Shown here: in pieces, positions 27,676 to 37,668 of the stretch
Layout of the letters: each line of letters begins with the position of its first letter
Numbering within the stretch: the stretch's first letter is position 1
The notes under the pieces: generated by a model
Told to the model about the DNA's origin: nothing
The model's input: the letters and a program-made list of their open reading frames with translations, nothing else
Databases searched by the model: none
Assembly: GCA_023130975.1 (NCBI GenBank)
Contig: JAGMAD010000003.1
Coordinates: 129,692 to 193,691 of the forward strand
Length of the DNA stretch: 64,000 bases
Direction: 5' to 3'
Source: Candidatus Parcubacteria bacterium
GTDB lineage: Bacteria > Patescibacteriota > Minisyncoccia > Minisyncoccales > JAGMDC01
Translations under genes and position numbers: made by a program

Positions 27676-27999
27676 ATGAAAATTAAAAAAGGAGACCAGG
27701 TTCTTATTATTTCCGGTAAAGACCGAGCCAGAAAAGGCAAGGTTCTTCAGGTTATTCCTAAAGAAGAAAGGGTTTTGGTTGAAGGTATTAATATAAGAAA
27801 AAAAAGTGTTAGGCCAAAAAAAAGCGGAGAAAAAGGACAGATAGTAGAAATGCCCGGTCCAATTTCTATTTCAAATTTGAAACTTATTTGTCCGAAATGT
27901 AAAAAAGCAACAAGAGTAGAGTATAAAATAATAAAATCAAAAGAGGGTAGCAAGAGGACAAAAATAAGAATATGCAAAAAATGCCAATCAGAAATATGA
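27676..27999 (+). CDS. rplX: 50S ribosomal protein L24 with a C-terminal zinc ribbon
   Basis: KOW motif KIKKGDQVLIISGKDRARKG plus CPKCKK...CKKCQ. Confidence 0.85.
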   Translation: MKIKKGDQVLIISGKDRARKGKVLQVIPKEERVLVEGINIRKKSVRPKKSGEKGQIVEMPGPISISNLKLICPKCKKATRVEYKIIKSKEGSKRTKIRICKKCQSEI

Positions 28000-28550
28000 T
28001 TAAACTAAAAGACAAATATATTAAAGAAGTAGTGCCGGCTATGAAAAAAAAGTTTGAATACAAGAACAGTATGGCTGTTCCTAAAATTGAGAAAGTAGTG
28101 ATTAATAATAGTTTTGGCAGAATGATAATAGATAAAACATCTGATGAGAAAAAAAAAATTAAAGAAGCAATTATACAGGATTTGTCTTTAATCTGCGGTC
28201 AGCGTCCAGTTTTAACTAAAGCAAAGAAGTCCATTTCTACTTTTAAAGTTCGTCAAGGTATGGAAATTGGGGCAAAAGTTACTTTGAGAAAGAAAAAAAT
28301 GTATGATTTCTTAGATAGGTTAATTCATATTACTCTTCCTCGCTCTCGTGATTTTCGAGGTATTGACCCTAAATCAATTGATGAAAAAGGAAATTTAACC
28401 ATCGCTATCAAAGAACATATTTCTTTTCCAGAAGTATCGCCAGAGAAGACAAGGTTTCTTTTTGGATTTGAAATAACTGTGGTGACTACTGCCAAAGATA
28501 AAAAACAGGGATTAGAATTATTAAAATTGTTGGGATTCCCGATTAAATAG
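27996..28550 (+). CDS. rplE: 50S ribosomal protein L5
   Basis: L5 pattern. The start overlaps the rplX stop (ATGA). Confidence 0.8.
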   Translation: MIKLKDKYIKEVVPAMKKKFEYKNSMAVPKIEKVVINNSFGRMIIDKTSDEKKKIKEAIIQDLSLICGQRPVLTKAKKSISTFKVRQGMEIGAKVTLRKKKMYDFLDRLIHITLPRSRDFRGIDPKSIDEKGNLTIAIKEHISFPEVSPEKTRFLFGFEITVVTTAKDKKQGLELLKLLGFPIK

Positions 28551-28644
28551 ATATTAGATGATAGATTATAGATTATGGATAATAGATGATGAAAAATAAA
28601 AATCCAAAATCCAACATCTAATATCCAACATCTAAAATCCAATT

Positions 28645-28830
28645 GTGGCTACACAATCTCAAATTGCAAAATCAGAGAAAAAATCTAAGTTTAGTTCCCG
28701 AATTGTTCGGAGATGTTTTAGGTGTGGCAGAAAAAGAGGGTATATGAGAAAATTTGGATTGTGTCGGATTTGTTTTCGGGAAATGGCAAATAAAGGATTG
28801 ATACCAGGAGTAAAGAAATCATCGTGGTAA
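28645..28830 (+). CDS. rpsN: 30S ribosomal protein S14 type Z (zinc-binding, 61 aa, GTG start)
   Basis: [23 protein letters not shown]. Confidence 0.8.
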   Translation: MATQSQIAKSEKKSKFSSRIVRRCFRCGRKRGYMRKFGLCRICFREMANKGLIPGVKKSSW

Positions 28831-28835
28831 ATTTT

Positions 28836-29222
28836 ATGGATCCTATCACTGATATGTTCAACAGAATAAAAAATGCTCAAGCCGTATTGAAACCTACGGT
28901 GAGTATTCCTTTTTCAAATTTAAAATATGAAATTGCTAAAATTTTAGAGAAAGAAAAATATGTCAAAAAAATAGAGAAAAAAAGAAGAAAAACAAAAAAG
29001 ACAATAGAAATTTCTCTTAAATATAATAAAAATATTCCGGCTATTATTGAATTGCGAAGAATCTCAAAATCAGGACAAAGAATTTATCTTCCAGTTCAGG
29101 AAATTAAGAAAGTAAAAGGAGGATTTGGTTTGTCTATTATTTCTACATCAAAAGGACTAATGACTAATAGAGAGGCAAGAAAACAGAAAGTCGGAGGTGA
29201 GATAATCGCTGAAATCTGGTAA
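28836..29222 (+). CDS. rpsH: 30S ribosomal protein S8
   Basis: MDPITDMFNRIKNAQ start. Confidence 0.85.
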   Translation: MDPITDMFNRIKNAQAVLKPTVSIPFSNLKYEIAKILEKEKYVKKIEKKRRKTKKTIEISLKYNKNIPAIIELRRISKSGQRIYLPVQEIKKVKGGFGLSIISTSKGLMTNREARKQKVGGEIIAEIW

Positions 29223-29376
29223 TCCGCTCGGGAATTAGTTTTTGGTACACGCAAATTTCTCCAGCGGAAATTTGCTGCTACTCGCGAATTACCCCCTCCT
29301 TTTGCGCAAGCGCGAAAAGGAGGGGGACCAAGCCAATTCGCTGCGGATTGTCCCAAAAACCAATTTCCTCGCTTAA
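29223..29376. mobile_element. MITE-like element with ~17-bp terminal inverted repeats and a variable GC hairpin core (copy 1)
   Basis: Ends CGGGAATTAGTTTTTGG...CCAAAAACCAATTTCCTCG. Core hairpin CCCCTCCTTTTGCGCAAGCGCGAAAAGGAGGGG. The paralog at 46502-46648 has a different core hairpin. Confidence 0.65.
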
Positions 29377-29431
29377 AATTATTCGCATATTCGCGTCATT
29401 CGCATAAATTCGCATATTCGTATTATACTTT

Positions 29432-30013
29432 ATGTCAAGAATAGGCAAAAAACCAATTGAAATACCAGATGGTGTCGAAGTAAAAATTGATGGTCAGAAA
29501 GTTATAGTAAAGGGCCCCAAAGGCGAACTTTCTAAAGAAATTCGACCTGAGATTAGAGTTGAAATGAAAAATAAAAAACTTCTCATTTTTCCCAAGAAAG
29601 AAATCCAAGAGAATTCTGTTGTGAAAAAAGATTTAGGAGAAACAAAACAAATTAAAGCATTTTGGGGTTTAACTAGATCCTTTTTAGCTAATATGACAAA
29701 AGGAGTTACTCAGGGTTACGAAAAAAAACTAGAAATACAAGGTTTAGGTTATAAAGCTTCTTTAGAGGGAAATGATTTAATATTGAACATCGGTTTTAGT
29801 CATCCCAAAAAAATTGAGACGCCGGAAGGCATAAAACTATCAGTAGAGAAAAATATTATTACTATTTCAGGCCTTGATAAAGAATTAGTAGGGAGAGTAG
29901 CTGCTGAGATAAGAAAAGTTAGGCCGCCAGAGCCATATAAAGGAAAAGGAATTAGATATGTTGACGAGGTGGTGAGAAAGAAAGTGGGTAAGAAGGCAGC
30001 AACTGCGGAATAA
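29432..30013 (+). CDS. rplF: 50S ribosomal protein L6
   Basis: [15 protein letters not shown] start. Confidence 0.85.
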   Translation: MSRIGKKPIEIPDGVEVKIDGQKVIVKGPKGELSKEIRPEIRVEMKNKKLLIFPKKEIQENSVVKKDLGETKQIKAFWGLTRSFLANMTKGVTQGYEKKLEIQGLGYKASLEGNDLILNIGFSHPKKIETPEGIKLSVEKNIITISGLDKELVGRVAAEIRKVRPPEPYKGKGIRYVDEVVRKKVGKKAATAE

Positions 30014-30053
30014 TCTGTTCGTATATTCGTATCAATTCGTAATTCGTAGGAGT

Positions 30054-30494
30054 ATGTTAAAGAAACAAGAAAAACGCGTAAGGCGCCATAAGAAAGTAAG
30101 AGCGAAAATATTTGGGACTGGTAGTGTTCCGCGGCTTTGCGTTTTTAGGTCAAGTAGGCATATCTATGCCCAAGTTATCGATGATGAGAAGGGAAAAGTA
30201 ATCTCGAGTACAAGTGACTTTGAAATTAAAGAATCCAAGCTTGAAAAATCAAAAATCAAAAATCAAAAATCAAAAATACAAATCAAAAATCAAAAGTTGA
30301 AAGAAGGAGAAAAGAAAGAAGAGAAATCAAGAACAGGGAAAGTTGCCATTGCTTATGAGGTGGGAAAGTTAATTGCTGAAAAAGTGCTGGAGAAGAAAAT
30401 TAAAAAAGTACTATTTGATAGAGGAGGATATAAATACCACGGCCGAGTGAAAGCAGTTGCGGAGGGAGCGAGGAACGCAGGGTTAGTATTTTAG
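30054..30494 (+). CDS. rplR: 50S ribosomal protein L18 with an internal Lys-rich insert encoded by (AAAATCA)n
   Basis: L18 ends (RHIYAQVID...[24 protein letters not shown]). The tandem heptamer at 30248-30295 encodes [15 protein letters not shown]. Confidence 0.85.
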   Translation: MLKKQEKRVRRHKKVRAKIFGTGSVPRLCVFRSSRHIYAQVIDDEKGKVISSTSDFEIKESKLEKSKIKNQKSKIQIKNQKLKEGEKKEEKSRTGKVAIAYEVGKLIAEKVLEKKIKKVLFDRGGYKYHGRVKAVAEGARNAGLVF

Positions 30495-30578
30495 TTTCGG
30501 TAAGCTTAAAATTTCTAATTTCTAATTTTTAATTTCTAATAAAATCCCAAATAAAATCCCAAATTCTAAATTAGTATT

Positions 30579-31073
30579 ATGTTTAAACAAAGAGAAAAAC
30601 CAAAAGATGAGTTTGAATCCAAGTTATTGGATATAGCAAGGGTGACCAGGATGACCGCTGGTGGTCGTCGGCTTCGGTTTCGAGCCCTAATAGTGGTTGG
30701 TAACAAAAAAGGAAAAGTTGGGTTAGGGGTCGCTAAAGGCAAAGATGTAGCTCAAGCCATTGAAAAAGCCACTCGTTTAGCGAAGAAAAATTTAATTGAG
30801 GTTCCAATTGAAGACGGAACCATTCTTTATGAGGTTGTTTCTAAATTTGGAGCAGCTAAGGTTTTACTTAGACCTCAAAGAAAGACAAGAGGCCTGGTTG
30901 CTGGCGGCACTGTTCGGGTAATTTGCGATTTAGCTGGAATTAAAAATATCTCTTCAAAGATTCTCGGAAGGACGGGAAATAAGTTGAATAACGCCAAGGC
31001 TACAATTGAAGCATTAGAAAAGTTAAAAACTAAAAGCAAATATGCAATTACACCAATTACATCCAAAACATAA
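30579..31073 (+). CDS. rpsE: 30S ribosomal protein S5
   Basis: S5 dsRBD and C-terminal domain pattern. Confidence 0.85.
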   Translation: MFKQREKPKDEFESKLLDIARVTRMTAGGRRLRFRALIVVGNKKGKVGLGVAKGKDVAQAIEKATRLAKKNLIEVPIEDGTILYEVVSKFGAAKVLLRPQRKTRGLVAGGTVRVICDLAGIKNISSKILGRTGNKLNNAKATIEALEKLKTKSKYAITPITSKT

Positions 31074-31470
31074 ATCAAAGAGAAAAAAAAGAATTGGTCG
31101 CGGTGGCAAACGCGGTACCTTTTCTGGTCGTGGAGTAAAGGGACAAAAATCGCGTTCTGGAAGAAAATTAGAGCCGATTGTCCGAGGATTAATTAAAAAA
31201 TATCCTAAGTTAAGAGGATATAAATTTAATGAATGGAAAACCAAGCCAGTTGTAGTTAGCATTGGCAGTTTAGAGAGATTTGAAACTGGAGAAAAAATTA
31301 ATCCATCTGTCTTGCTTGAAAAGAAAATAATTCCTAAAATAAAAGGGAGAGTGCCAAAAGTAAAAATTTTAGGAAAAGGCGAACTGACTAAGGCACTGAC
31401 TATTGAAAATTGCGATATCTCAAAATCTGCCAGAGAGAAGGTAGAAAAAGCCGGAGGCAAAATAAAGTAA
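31042..31470 (+). CDS. rplO: 50S ribosomal protein L15 (directly after rpsE, no rpmD)
   Basis: L15 Gly/Arg-rich N-terminus. Overlaps rpsE by 32 nt, and no L30 gene intervenes. Confidence 0.8.
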   Translation: MQLHQLHPKHKSKRKKRIGRGGKRGTFSGRGVKGQKSRSGRKLEPIVRGLIKKYPKLRGYKFNEWKTKPVVVSIGSLERFETGEKINPSVLLEKKIIPKIKGRVPKVKILGKGELTKALTIENCDISKSAREKVEKAGGKIK

Positions 31471-31580
31471 ATTTTTAATTTCCAATTTTTAATTTTATAA
31501 ATAAATCCTAATTTTTAATTTTTAAAAATTTGAGCATTAAAAATTATTTAAAAATTACAAAATTATAAAATTGTTTTTTT

Positions 31581-32879
31581 ATGTGGTATCACAAACTTAT
31601 CCAAATATTTAAAATAAAAGATCTGCGCAAAAAGATTCTTTTCGTCTTATTTATTTTTGCTGTTTTTCGATTGATGGCAAATATTCCAATCCCAGGGGTA
31701 AATCTTGAGAATTTAAGAATGTTTTTTGCCAGCAATCAGAGTTTGAGCTTATTAAACTTGTTTACAGGCGGTGCTTTAGAGAAATCTTCTATTGTAATGT
31801 TGGGATTAGGTCCGTACATTACATCGGTTATTATTCTTCAGCTTTTAACAATGATTTTTCCCCAATTGGAAAGGATGTATAAAGAAGAAGGAGAGCAAGG
31901 CAGGCAAAAATTTAATCAGTTCGGTAGAATATTAACTGTTCCTCTGGCAGCTATGCAGGGATTTGCAATGTTAACCTTGCTTCAACGCCAGAGTCCGCCA
32001 GTAGTTGAATTTTCTTCTCCTGTTATGCTTTTTGCCGCTATTTTAAGCATTACTGCCGGAGCAGTATTTTTGATGTGGTTAGGAGAATTGATTACTGAAA
32101 AAGGAATTGGCAATGGCGTTTCTCTTTTAATTTTTGCTGGTATTATTGCTGCTTTTCCAATGTCTATTTATCAAAGTTATTTTGACATTGAGTCAAGTCC
32201 TGAAAAAACCTTTGCCTACCTTTTTTTCTTTATCTTGGCTTTGGTTATAATTTTCGGCGTTGTCTTAGTTAATGAAGCCAGAAGGAATATCCCTGTCTCT
32301 TACGCTAAGAGAGTAAGGGGAATGAAAATGTATGGAGGTGTCTCTACTTATTTGCCTTTAAATCTTAATCCAGCCGGGGTTATTCCTATTATTTTTGCTC
32401 TTTCTATTATGCTTTTTCCAGGAATGATTGCCAGCTTCTTAGGAGGAGCCGGGGGAGTTATTGGCAGTATTGCTCAGTCCATTGGAGGTTTTTTTGACCC
32501 TCAAAGAAATCTCCTTGGCTATGGATTTTTTTATTTTCTTTTAGTAGTTCTATTTACCTTTTTCTATACAGCAGTAACTTTTGACCCTAAGGCAATCTCT
32601 ACTAATTTGCAAAAGATGGGCGGATTTGTGCCAGGCATTAGACCTGGTTCCTCCACAGCTAATTTTCTAAAATATATTTTAAACAGAGTTCTGCTCTTCG
32701 GGGCTTTGTTTTTAGGCACTATTGCTGTAATGCCTTTTATGGTTAGTGCTATTACTAGTGTTCAAACGTTTACTTTTTTAATAGGAGGGACATCTTTATT
32801 GATTATAGTGGCAGTAGTTTTAGAAACAGTAAAACAAATTAAAGCCCAGTTGCAAATGAGAGACTATGATACGTTCTAG
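31581..32879 (+). CDS. secY: preprotein translocase SecY
   Basis: 10-TM SecY pattern. Confidence 0.9.
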   Translation: MWYHKLIQIFKIKDLRKKILFVLFIFAVFRLMANIPIPGVNLENLRMFFASNQSLSLLNLFTGGALEKSSIVMLGLGPYITSVIILQLLTMIFPQLERMYKEEGEQGRQKFNQFGRILTVPLAAMQGFAMLTLLQRQSPPVVEFSSPVMLFAAILSITAGAVFLMWLGELITEKGIGNGVSLLIFAGIIAAFPMSIYQSYFDIESSPEKTFAYLFFFILALVIIFGVVLVNEARRNIPVSYAKRVRGMKMYGGVSTYLPLNLNPAGVIPIIFALSIMLFPGMIASFLGGAGGVIGSIAQSIGGFFDPQRNLLGYGFFYFLLVVLFTFFYTAVTFDPKAISTNLQKMGGFVPGIRPGSSTANFLKYILNRVLLFGALFLGTIAVMPFMVSAITSVQTFTFLIGGTSLLIIVAVVLETVKQIKAQLQMRDYDTF

Positions 32880-32941
32880 CTCAATTTTAGTAAAAACTAA
32901 AATTGAGAATTTCTAATTTCTAATTTTTAATTTCTAAACAT

Positions 32942-33601
32942 ATGAATAAGCCGTTTAATTTTACTTTCATAGGGAGATCTGGTTCAGGAAAAGGGACCCA
33001 GGCAAAACTTTTGATGAAGCATTTCGGAAATTTATTTTATGTTTCTACTGGTGATTTATTTAGAGATTTATCCAAAGCCGATACAGATACAAGTATAAGA
33101 ATTCAAAAAATCTTAAAGCAAGGAGGATTACCATTTGATGATTTATCATCTACTTTATGGATGCACGAACTTGCCTATAATCTTAAAGAGAATGAAGGAT
33201 TTATTCTTGATGGCGCTCCCCGACGTGTTAATGAAGCCCAAACATTAGATAGATTTTTGGACTTTTTAGAGCGAAAAGAGACAACTTTTAATTTGTTAGT
33301 TGATATTTCCAGAGAAGAAGCATTTAACCGTTTATCAAAAAGACGGCTTTGTAAAAAGTGCGGCCGTTTAATTCCCTGGGTTGGCGAATTTAAAGAATTA
33401 AAAGTTTGTGATAAATGCGGCGGAGAATTGATTACTCGGGCCGATGATAGTCCAGAAGCAATAAAGAGTAGATTAGATTATTATGAAGAACGAGTAGTGC
33501 CGACCGTAAAATATTACGAAGAGCAGAGTAGATTACTAAAAATCAATGGCGAGCAATCTATAGAAGATGTTTTTAAGGATATCCTGAAAGCATTAAAATG
33601 A
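32942..33601 (+). CDS. adk: adenylate kinase (zinc LID)
   Basis: GRSGSGKGTQA, DGAPRRVNEAQ and CKKCGR...CDKCGGEL. Confidence 0.85.
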   Translation: MNKPFNFTFIGRSGSGKGTQAKLLMKHFGNLFYVSTGDLFRDLSKADTDTSIRIQKILKQGGLPFDDLSSTLWMHELAYNLKENEGFILDGAPRRVNEAQTLDRFLDFLERKETTFNLLVDISREEAFNRLSKRRLCKKCGRLIPWVGEFKELKVCDKCGGELITRADDSPEAIKSRLDYYEERVVPTVKYYEEQSRLLKINGEQSIEDVFKDILKALK

Positions 33602-34362
33602 TTTCTATAAAAACAAAAGAGGAAATTAAAATAATGGCTGAAGCAGGTAAAATCCTGGCAAAGATTATGAAGCAGTTAACGAAGATGGTTGAGCCGGGGA
33701 TTACTACCAAAGAATTAAATAGGGTCGCAGAAGACCTTATTTTTAAATACGGCGCAGAGCCAGGATTTAAAGGACCAATTTCCAAGGGCTATGGTGGTTT
33801 TCCTACAGCTTTATGTACCTCTATCAATCAAGTAATCGTCCACGGTGTTCCTTCTGATTATAAATTAAAACAAGGCGATATTTTATCTTTAGATTTAGGT
33901 TTGAAATTTAAAGGATTTTTTGCTGATATGGCTGTGACAGTGCCAATAGGAGAAATTTCTCCAGAAGCTCAACGTTTGATTAGAGTAACCAAAAAAGCCC
34001 TTAAAAGAGGCATAAAAAAAGTTCAGCCAGGAAATACATTTGGCGATATTGGAAATATAATTCAAAGATATGTTGAATCCCAAGGATTTAATGTGGTTCG
34101 TGAGCTTTGCGGACACGGCATTGGTAAAAAATTACATGAGGAACCCCAAATTTTAAACTACGGTAAAAGAAGGACTGGGCCTGAGCTTGTCGAAGGCATG
34201 GTATTTTGTCTTGAGCCGATGGTAACAATGGGGGACTGGAGAATTAAGAAATCAAAAGATGGCAATGGTTTTGAAACCGCTGATAGCTCTCTATCAGCTC
34301 ATTTCGAACACCAAATGGCAGTTACTCAAAATGGTTGCCAGGTCTTGACAAGTTTGGAATAA
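33598..34362 (+). CDS. map: methionine aminopeptidase type I
   Basis: MetAP motifs (HGVPSDYKL, D..FADMAVT, HGIG, EPM). Confidence 0.85.
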   Translation: MISIKTKEEIKIMAEAGKILAKIMKQLTKMVEPGITTKELNRVAEDLIFKYGAEPGFKGPISKGYGGFPTALCTSINQVIVHGVPSDYKLKQGDILSLDLGLKFKGFFADMAVTVPIGEISPEAQRLIRVTKKALKRGIKKVQPGNTFGDIGNIIQRYVESQGFNVVRELCGHGIGKKLHEEPQILNYGKRRTGPELVEGMVFCLEPMVTMGDWRIKKSKDGNGFETADSSLSAHFEHQMAVTQNGCQVLTSLE

Positions 34363-34401
34363 TAAGTAATATTAAAATCAGCACAAAATAGGAGGTAGAA
34401 A

Positions 34402-34584
34402 ATGATAGGATTTTGTTACATATGCGGAAACTTCCGATGGGTAAAAAAGGTAAAGTTAGTTTACAGAGATGTAGGGGGACAAGTAGAACTTAAGAAACGA
34501 TTATGTGGAAAATGCCTCGAACTAGGTAGAGGAAAACCGATTCTAAGTCTGTGCGGCGTTTACGAGATACAAGATATATTTTGA
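34402..34584 (+). CDS. 60-aa CxxC...CxxC zinc-ribbon protein with a strong SD
   Basis: AGGAGGT sits 7 nt upstream, which is unusual here. GC content is higher than in flanking genes. It sits in the slot where infA normally follows map. Confidence 0.4.
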   Translation: MIGFCYICGNFRWVKKVKLVYRDVGGQVELKKRLCGKCLELGRGKPILSLCGVYEIQDIF

Positions 34585-34753
34585 ATAAAAAAACAAAAAT
34601 AGGGTAAAAGCATATTCGCTTGAACCCTTTATTTTTTTGAGCGAAGCGAGAAAAATCAAGGTTCTTGAGCGAAGCGCAAGGTTCTTAATTTTTTCTTTAC
34701 AAAATCTGAATAATTTATTAAGCTAAGGATAGTACACCATAAAAGAAAAAAAA

Positions 34754-35284
34754 ATGATAGAAATAATAGATTTAGAAGAGGAAAAGATAAAAAGAGAGAG
34801 AATATTAGCGAAAGAAAAACCTCCATATGAACCAGAGTGGAACGAGATTTTTACAGGGAAATCAGAGGAAACCTTAGAAGGTAATATTGCTATTTTAATA
34901 GAGATGTTGAAGCAATTTGAAAAGTTCCACAACTATTTTAGCAATAGTAGCAGTAAAAGATGCTTATTTATAGAAGAAAGCACTCTGAACGGATACAAAC
35001 TGTGGCTACAAGGCATAGTGAGTTTTCTGGGCATAACAGCAATTCTTGCTAGAAGAGATAAAATTGTCTACCAGATTGTAGAGAAACGAGAGAGATTTTG
35101 TCTGTTTCTTTCTGCTGTAGATTGGAGTATTAAAGCAATGTATCCTTTTTTGAGAAGCAGTCAACAGACAGAAAAAGCAATAGTAAAGTATCTAATTCTG
35201 CTTAAAGACATCGACCAGTTTCACAAGAGCGAGGTTGAAGAACTATTAAGTATATTAGAGAAAAGAGCGAAAAAAAGTAAATAG
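34754..35284 (+). CDS. hypothetical protein
   Basis: 176-aa ORF with no recognisable motifs. Confidence 0.3.
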   Translation: MIEIIDLEEEKIKRERILAKEKPPYEPEWNEIFTGKSEETLEGNIAILIEMLKQFEKFHNYFSNSSSKRCLFIEESTLNGYKLWLQGIVSFLGITAILARRDKIVYQIVEKRERFCLFLSAVDWSIKAMYPFLRSSQQTEKAIVKYLILLKDIDQFHKSEVEELLSILEKRAKKSK

Positions 35285-35344
35285 ATCATGGGAGTTCTTA
35301 AAAAATTGCTCCCTATTTTTTTGTTTTTATGCTACAATAATGAA

Positions 35345-36064
35345 ATGTATTTATCAGTTATCATTCCCGCTTATAATGAGGAAAAACGGATTACCAATAC
35401 CTTAAAAGAAACTAATAAATATCTATCAAGGCAATCTTATGATTACGAAATCATTGTGGTTAATGATGGCTCAAAAGACAAAACAGCAGAAGTTGTCGAA
35501 TGTTTAAGACCCGACCTTAAACATTTGCGATTGATTGACAATAAAAAAAATCACGGCAAAGGTTACGTTGTTAAGCAGGGATTATTAGACGCAAAAGGAA
35601 AATACAGAATTTTTACTGATGCTGATAATTCCACCTCTATTGATCAGATAGAAAAGATGTGGCCAGAATTTGAAAAGGGTTATGAAGTGGTAATTGGTTC
35701 GCGGGATATTAAAGGTTCAGTGATTGCGGTTCCCCAATCTCGGTGGCGGATAATGTTAGGCAATGTCTTTAATTTGATCGTTCAATTAGTTTCCGGTCTT
35801 TTGGGGATATGGGATACTCAATGCGGCTTTAAAGGATTTACGAAAAAGACAGTAGAAGATATTTTTCCAAAATGTAAAATTAATCGTTTTGCTTTTGATG
35901 TAGAAGCTTTGGTTTTGGCAAAAAAAATGGGCTATAAAATTAAAGAAATTCCAGTTGTTTGGATAAACAGCCCGGAAAGCACAGTAGGATTTAAGAGTAT
36001 GGTAAAAATGTTATTAGAGGTTTTTCAAATTAGATGGAATTTAATTAGTAAAAGATATGGCTAA
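35345..36064 (+). CDS. GT2-family glycosyltransferase (polyprenol-phosphate sugar synthase / Dpm1-like)
   Basis: IIPAYNEE, VVNDGSKD and DAD motifs. Confidence 0.6.
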   Translation: MYLSVIIPAYNEEKRITNTLKETNKYLSRQSYDYEIIVVNDGSKDKTAEVVECLRPDLKHLRLIDNKKNHGKGYVVKQGLLDAKGKYRIFTDADNSTSIDQIEKMWPEFEKGYEVVIGSRDIKGSVIAVPQSRWRIMLGNVFNLIVQLVSGLLGIWDTQCGFKGFTKKTVEDIFPKCKINRFAFDVEALVLAKKMGYKIKEIPVVWINSPESTVGFKSMVKMLLEVFQIRWNLISKRYG

Positions 36065-37097
36065 AGATTCAAAATTGAAATTTCCTTCTGAATTGCGCTT
36101 TGACCTTGCTTCTAAGGACTGGGTTGTTATTGCGACTGGTAGAGCTCGAAGGCCGGAAACTTTTAAAAAAGAAAGACGAAAAATAGAAAAAGTTTCTAAA
36201 AAAGATTGTCCTTTTTGCCAGATTAATACTCAGGAAAAACCAACCATTGTGTTTTCTAAAGGAAAAAAGATTACCTTTAAATCACAAGACAAAGTGCCTA
36301 GCAACTGGACAACTATGTCAGTGCCCAACAAATATCCTGCTTTTATTCCTAATTCAAGAATAGATAAACATATTGAAGGGGGCTTATATGAGAAAATGAA
36401 CGCAGTGGGTTTTCACGAAGTGGTTATCACCCGGGACCATAACAAGCAAATGTCTCAGTTTTCAGTAAGCCAAATTAAAGAAGTAATAGATGTTTATCAA
36501 GAAAGATATTTGGGTCTGATGAAAGAAAAGTTCGTCAATTATATTTCTATTTTCCATAACCACGGTGTGGAATCAGGCGCTTCAATTGCTCATCCTCATT
36601 CTCAAATTATAACTACGCCTCTTATTGATACTGATTTAAAAAAAGCTATCCGTAATTCTAAAAAATATTTCAGAGCTCATAAAAAATGTCTTTATTGTTT
36701 AATGGGGGAATGGGAAAGGAAAACCAAAAAAAGAGTAGTTTTTGAAAACAAGGATTTTTTAGTCATTTGTCCTTTTGCCTCTAAAATGGCTTTTGAGGTA
36801 ATTATTTCTCCTAAAAAACACCTTTCTTATTTTGAAAGAATTACTGAAAAAGAAAAACAGCAGTTAGCAGAGGCATTTCAAAAGGCCTTAAGTAAACTTT
36901 ACAAAGGTTTAAATGATCCAGCTTATAATTTTTATCTCCATACTGCTCCTTGCGATGGAAGAAATTACGATCATTATCACTGGCATTGGACTATCTTACC
37001 GAAAACTTCAACCTGGGCTGGGTTTGAAATTGGCACCAGAATGGAAATTTCTACTATTGAACCGGAAAAAGCAGCAGACTATTTAAGAAAACAATGA
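36057..37097 (+). CDS. galactose-1-phosphate uridylyltransferase-like (GalT/HIT superfamily)
   Basis: CPFCQ zinc motif and HPHSQI (HxHxQ) active-site motif. Confidence 0.6.
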   Translation: MAKDSKLKFPSELRFDLASKDWVVIATGRARRPETFKKERRKIEKVSKKDCPFCQINTQEKPTIVFSKGKKITFKSQDKVPSNWTTMSVPNKYPAFIPNSRIDKHIEGGLYEKMNAVGFHEVVITRDHNKQMSQFSVSQIKEVIDVYQERYLGLMKEKFVNYISIFHNHGVESGASIAHPHSQIITTPLIDTDLKKAIRNSKKYFRAHKKCLYCLMGEWERKTKKRVVFENKDFLVICPFASKMAFEVIISPKKHLSYFERITEKEKQQLAEAFQKALSKLYKGLNDPAYNFYLHTAPCDGRNYDHYHWHWTILPKTSTWAGFEIGTRMEISTIEPEKAADYLRKQ

Positions 37098-37552
37098 TTT
37101 TGGAACTAAAAACATTTTTATTAGCAATGACGCCGATAGGCGAACTTCGGGCCTCTATCCCTTATGCATTAGAAGTGTATGATTTATCACTTTGGTCAGC
37201 TTATTTTTTTTCTGTTATTGGTAATTTGGTTCCAGCTATTTTTTTACTTTGGCTTTTAGGTCCAATTTCTCAATATCTTAGTCATCATTTTTACAGCTTT
37301 AACCGTTTTTTTGCCTGGCTTTTTGAAAGAAATAGAAAGAATCACCAGAAAAAATTTGAACATTGGAAAGAGCTGGCTTTAGTTATTTTAGTAGCGATTC
37401 CTCTTCCTTTTACTGGTGCCTGGACCGGCTCAATCTGCGCTTTTATTTTTAGAATTCCTTTTAAAATCGCTCTGCCCTTAATATTTATCGGAATCCTAAT
37501 AGCCGGCATATTAGTTACTTTATTAAGTTTAGGTCTATTACATTTTTTCTAA
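37094..37552 (+). CDS. small integral membrane protein
   Basis: Four predicted TM helices. Confidence 0.35.
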   Translation: MILELKTFLLAMTPIGELRASIPYALEVYDLSLWSAYFFSVIGNLVPAIFLLWLLGPISQYLSHHFYSFNRFFAWLFERNRKNHQKKFEHWKELALVILVAIPLPFTGAWTGSICAFIFRIPFKIALPLIFIGILIAGILVTLLSLGLLHFF

Positions 37553-37571
37553 AAAATCTTTAAAATTCTAT

Positions 37572-37605
37572 AAGAACCTATCTCGCTAACGCTCGGCAGA
37601 ACCTT
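37572..37605. repeat. AGAACCTTG-family repeat unit (extended ~70-bp version shared with 40973-41045)
   Basis: taagaacctatctcgctaacgctcggcagaaccttctaatt. Confidence 0.6.
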
Positions 37606-37668
37606 CTAATTATTTCGTTCGGTTAAAATACAAAAGTGAACTTTTGTATTTTACCTTCACTCATAATT

